Origin: Takakia lepidozioides
Lineage: Eukaryota > Plantae > Bryophyta
DNA: 64,000 nucleotides
Assembly (NCBI GenBank): GCA_030704615.1
Contig: CM060733.1
Coordinates: 30,628,001 to 30,692,000, forward strand
Direction of reading: 5' to 3'
Shown here: positions 59,483 to 64,000 of the stretch, piece by piece
Numbering within the stretch: the first letter of the stretch is position 1
How the letters are laid out: each line of letters starts with the position of its first letter
Notes under the pieces: model-generated
Told to the model about the DNA's origin: nothing
Databases searched by the model: none
The model's input: the letters and a program-made list of their open reading frames with translations, nothing else
Made by a program: the position numbers and the translations under genes

Positions 59483-60606
59483 TCAGAACCAAGAGTGTTT
59501 TTTGTGATGACGACCTTCCGGGCCATTGTACTCTTCTTCAGCTTTACGGTACTTGTTCGACTCGTGATGCTCATAGAGGGCATATCCTCCGAGCCCAAGT
59601 GCTGCTGCCTCGGCAACCTCAGCCTCCACTTTGTGCTGGCGCGCATGTGCTGGATCCACTTTTTCCTCATGTTTTTCATACTGTTCACAGACAACCATCC
59701 ACTTTCATGTGTTAGACGTCTGATCTCCTTGAAATGATGAAAGACTAGCTCACACAATCTTCTGATCATTCAAGTTACAGTACGCTGATTTAGAGAACTG
59801 CTAAACTTGTTATTGGGAAGTATCTCATTCATCTCTTATGCTTCAGCTTAAATAGCTCAAGTGCTTTCACAATGAAGGTCCTAGTCCTGAACACTCGATC
59901 ATTTGCGTGTACAAGTATCGAAAAGCACGAATGTTCAAGTAAAGCCCAAGTGAATTTTTTCTTTAAGTTACTTTGCCAGATGCACCACCTACAAGTGGTG
60001 CTTATCTTGCCGAATTTCTTTAAGGCAACCTCGCTTATCTCTCCAGCAAGTTTCTGATGTACCTTACAGTGATCACTGGATGACCGGAAAGGTTTTCAAA
60101 CTCTTGATCTTCGTTTTGTACTCTTTAAGTCAATCAGTAAGTGTCCGGTATAATTCAAGACAGGTCAGACAGTACTTACTCCGCCATGACAAATTTACCA
60201 TGTAATCTTTCAATACTAGATCTATGCTTCGGGAAGGAAGAGATCTAACCATGGCGAAAGCTCCAGCAGCTAAGACACCCATTTCAGCCGTGTGTTCGCG
60301 GTTCTTGTGCTTATGCTCCTCCCGTTGCAGATATTCATACTGTTGTACGCGCTGCTCTTCTTGGTAGATGGCAGGCGCGCCATACCCATCCTGATAAGGG
60401 GAGTTCTCATAGGTCCCATACCCGCCATTTCCGTAGGAAGACTGACCGACATTAGGAACCGCCGGAGGGTAGCCATAAGAAGGCTGGATTTCGTAACCAC
60501 TCTCTTGGCCATAGCCATATGCAGGCGGAGGAGGCGCATAGCCGTACGGTGCTTCTTCGTAGCGTTCTTCATGGTGATGATGGTGGTGGTGGTTATGGTG
60601 AGACAT
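59483..60606 (-). CDS. ASR: ABA/stress/ripening-induced (ASR, ABA/WDS domain) protein, 184 aa
   Basis: Exons 60250-60606 and 59483-59680, phase-0 intron. Signature EEHKHKNREHTAEMGVLAAGAFAM|YEKHEEKVDPAHARQHKVEAEVAEAAALGLGGYALYEHHE; His-rich termini. Confidence 0.93.
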
Positions 60607-62194
60607 CTTGCTGGTATTGCCTGGGCAAACAGTCTTTGCCGCGCTTCACTTCAGAACTCCTCTCTGCAAACTTAGGCCCGTCCTGGGTCCTCACAAGCTT
60701 CCTTGCCAAATCAGAAGCAACTTCCCTTCTCTCTCCAAGACAAATCCAAGAATTCCTGATCCCCAACAACGCCTCTGATCCTTTCTGCAAGTTATAAATC
60801 TCCCTTCTACGTATTCCAATCAACCAGGCCTTCCACACTCCAAAAACCTTGATTTCCAGCGCTGAACAACACGATGAAGTCTCAGTGATACGCCAGAACT
60901 ATATATACTACACGCAAACACGTGAAGTGACCCAATGAACGCGCAATCTTGAACACGGCGGCAGAAACAGCGTGCAGATCAGCATGAACTTAGCAAGACC
61001 TATATTGAATCTTCCCACCCCAGTTGCGCATTGAACTAATCCGAGCCTTCCATGGACCTTGTCCTCATTTGGCAACTTCTGTGCACTGGAATGTTCCTCC
61101 CTCGCAACGCATCCATGCGCGCTGCTCCGCTGAGACCGCACCAAGTCAGCCTTTCCTTCACTGCACGAAACCTCGCGCTGATACAGTCTGTGTACGTTAG
61201 TAAAAGTCTTCACAGAAACTTTCACACATTTACTATAGGAATAGCTGATAACCCTAACCCTAATTGTTTGCATCCCTGGAAAGGCTCCAGATGTGTGGAT
61301 TGAAGACGAGGGAGCAGACAATGTGCACGCAGGTGCTGCAAAAAATAGATGGGATCATGTGGAAAGAAGGGCGATTCAGTCTGAGGAACAATTTCACGCA
61401 ACTCCCAGTACCCTACATTGAGCAGAAGAAGGTGGGGGAGCGGCTACACATGCAGGCAGAGATTGGCGTCCGGTAGGTACGTAAGTGAGCGAGCATTCAT
61501 AGGATTTCAGCGTGAACATGGTTGCAATTAGAAAATGCAGCGCGGCAGTACCAAGTTAGATCCCGACAGATGCAAGAAGCTGTATTTAGCGGTTCGTCAT
61601 TCCCAGGACAGTTTTCCATCCCTGAGGAGCTTTCTTTTATTTTCTTCCTCTGCTATTGGGATGGGAAAGTTTCCCCGGCGTATGTAAACTTGACAATCCA
61701 GCTTGCTAGCTCTTTGTTGTGTTTGCAACGGTTCTTTTAGTTCCCTTGCTAGGATTTATCCGGTTGGTGTTCAGGGCCTAAGAGAATGAGTCTTCTTCCT
61801 GACCTTTGCACTGAAATTTTTTCAGGTGAGCTCCTCCTCCCATTTGTTATGAGAATCGTGGGGATTTGGAAGCTGTATGAGAGGAAAGAACCTGCCATGA
61901 CACGACTCCACATAATTGCTTCGTCCCAGCGTGATGGCTTTGAAGACGTGTACTTGGAATGTCGGGTATGCTCAAGCTGATTCCTCCTTTGGCTTTCCTG
62001 TTGAATTCAACTATTTAGTTTGAATTGAAACAGATCGACTAAACAAATCTTGGTGACATAATTTTGTGTTTTGACAAGACAACTTTGATCTTCTAAATGT
62101 TTCTATGGTGATAATCCATGTCTTTCTATCAAAAGACTTGAACCTCAGAAGGAGATGATCTGGCAGGGTTGCACGATTTCGAGTGTGGAATCTG

Positions 62195-64000
62195 ATGCAG
62201 TTGCTCAATCGGCGTCACGGTGGCAAAAGTATTGGTCTTGGCTCATCCGCCATGACCACTGTGAATGGAGGTATAAGAGACCAATGGAGCCAGGAAGGAG
62301 GCAACAAGGAATTTTGCGGCACTGCTGGGGATGTGATCACACTCTGTAAGGAGGGACGGTTGAAGGAGGCAGTTCAGACTTTGGATCTTTTGGACCAACA
62401 AGGCATCCGAGCAAACTTGGAGGCCTATTCTTGTCTCTTGCAGGAGTGCGCCAAGGTAAAATCTCTGGCCGATGGCAAGCATGTCCATGCCCACATTGTG
62501 AAAAGTAGCTTTGAACCAGACATCTACTTGTCGAACATCCTTGTCAACATGTATGCCAAGTGCGGGAGTTTTATTTCTGCACGGCATGTATTTGACAGAA
62601 TGCATAAACGAGATGTGGTCTCATGGACTGCAATGATTGCAGGATATGCTAAACAAGGGCATAGTGAAGAGGCATTTGAGTTCTTTTGCCAAATGCAACG
62701 AGAAGGTGTGAAGCCAAACGGGGTCACCTTTGTGAGCGTCCTCCATGCGTGTGCCAGCCCATTGGCTCTGGAACAGGGCAAGTGCATCCATGCACATATT
62801 GTTCACAGCGGATTTGAACACCATGAACGTGTGGGGAGTGCCCTTGTCAGCATGTATGCCAGGTGCGGGGCTGTGTTGGATGCACGCCACGTATTTGACA
62901 AGATACGTGAAAGAGATGTTGTTGCCTGGAATGCGATGATTGGAGGATATGTTCAGCAAGGGCATGGTGAAGACGCTTTTGAACTCTTTTGGCAAATGCA
63001 GCAAGAAGGCATGAAGTCTGACGTGGTCACTTTCCTTAACATCCTTAATGCATGTGCTAGCCCAGCAGCTCTGGAACAGGGGAAGCAAGTCCATGCCCAC
63101 ATTATGAAAGCTGGGTTTGAGTCAGAAGTCTCTATTGGAAATGCCCTCGTCAGCATGTATGCCAAGTGTGGGAGTGTTGTGGATGCGCTCAATGTGTTTG
63201 AACGAATGCCAAATCGGGATGTGATCTCATGGACGGCAATGATTGCAGGATTTGCTCAACAAGGGCATGGTGAAGAGGCATTTCAACTCTTTGAGAAAAT
63301 GCAAGCAGAAGGTATGAAGCCAAACAAGATCACCTTCATAAGCATTCTCAATGCGTGTGCAAGCCCAGTTACCCTGGAAAAGGGCAAGCAGGTCCATGCC
63401 CAAGTCATTAGAAGTGGGTTTGAGCGAGAAGTCGTTGTGGGGACGGCTCTTGTCAGCATGTATGCCAGGTGTGACAACATGTTGGGTGCGCGGCAAGTGT
63501 TTGACACAATGCCTAAACGAGATGTGGTTTCATGGAATGCAATGATTGCGGGATATGTTCAGAAAGGGTGCAGTGAAGAGGCACTTCATTTTTTCCAGCA
63601 GATGCAAGTAGATGGTCTAAAGCCTGACAAGGCAACTTTTGTTAGCATCCTGAGCGCAAGTACCAGTGTAGCAGCTCTGGAACAAGGCAAGCAGGTCCAT
63701 GCCCAAATCATCAAAGGTGGATTTGAAGCAGATATCTTGGTGGGAAATGCTCTTGTCAGCATGTATGCCAGGTGTGGAAGTGTGATGAATGCACGTCAAG
63801 TGTTTGACCATATGCCCAAAAGAGATGTGGTGTCATGGAATGCAATGATTGCAGGATTTGCTCAGCATGGGCATAGTAAGGAGGCTCTTGAAATCTTCTG
63901 GCAAATGCAGGGAGAAGGGTCTACGTCCGATAATGTCACTTTTACTAGCATTCTAAATGCATGTGCCAGCCTAGCAGTCATGGAAGATGGTATGCAGGTT
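62195..64000 (+). CDS. PLS-class PPR protein, 3'-incomplete (absent from the ORF track because it has no stop in the window)
   Basis: Frame open from 62159 with first ATG at 62195. LCKEGRLKEAV, then P-L-S triplets at 303-bp period (RDVVSWTAMIAGY / VTFVSVLHAC / ALVSMYARCG). An upstream exon is possible (AG acceptor at 62165-62166). Confidence 0.92.
   Translation, partial: MQLLNRRHGGKSIGLGSSAMTTVNGGIRDQWSQEGGNKEFCGTAGDVITLCKEGRLKEAVQTLDLLDQQGIRANLEAYSCLLQECAKVKSLADGKHVHAHIVKSSFEPDIYLSNILVNMYAKCGSFISARHVFDRMHKRDVVSWTAMIAGYAKQGHSEEAFEFFCQMQREGVKPNGVTFVSVLHACASPLALEQGKCIHAHIVHSGFEHHERVGSALVSMYARCGAVLDARHVFDKIRERDVVAWNAMIGGYVQQGHGEDAFELFWQMQQEGMKSDVVTFLNILNACASPAALEQGKQVHAHIMKAGFESEVSIGNALVSMYAKCGSVVDALNVFERMPNRDVISWTAMIAGFAQQGHGEEAFQLFEKMQAEGMKPNKITFISILNACASPVTLEKGKQVHAQVIRSGFEREVVVGTALVSMYARCDNMLGARQVFDTMPKRDVVSWNAMIAGYVQKGCSEEALHFFQQMQVDGLKPDKATFVSILSASTSVAALEQGKQVHAQIIKGGFEADILVGNALVSMYARCGSVMNARQVFDHMPKRDVVSWNAMIAGFAQHGHSKEALEIFWQMQGEGSTSDNVTFTSILNACASLAVMEDGMQV

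Noticed and set aside
62243-63811. Several minus-strand and off-frame ORFs in the ORF track
   Set aside because: Shadows of the repetitive plus-strand PPR coding sequence.

Overview
Eukaryotic nuclear DNA with spliceosomal GT-AG introns, most likely from a seed-free land plant (bryophyte, lycophyte or fern). That assignment is inferred from the PLS-class PPR genes, an ASR gene and the TE types. Contents in order: (1) 1-5061, the 3' part of a decayed Ty3/Gypsy LTR retrotransposon. Its polyprotein has a DNMT3-like cytosine-5 methyltransferase domain upstream of RT and a PHD finger at the integrase C-terminus. (2) 6491-26217 (-), a 16-exon, ~3200-aa TRANK1-like protein: ParB/Srx-like N-domain, UPF1/DNA2-NAM7-type SF1 helicase, putative RelE-like domain, UvrD-like helicase, TPR-like helical region. 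A LINE sits in its last intron. (3) 28942-39118 (-), a tandem paralog pseudogenised by large deletions. (4) 39248-42492, an internally deleted Ty1/Copia element with near-identical LTRs and a TSD. (5) A PPR-DYW remnant, then a PLS-PPR gene with an N-terminal OSB-type PDF motif and a broken DYW domain. (6) An F-box/LRR gene, an ASR gene, and a second PLS-PPR gene that runs off the window end. The most notable items are the DNMT+PHD Gypsy, the ParB/RelE-like double-helicase protein with its 'disarmed' paralog, and the PDF-PPR fusion. All domain calls come from motif recognition by eye; no database searches were run.
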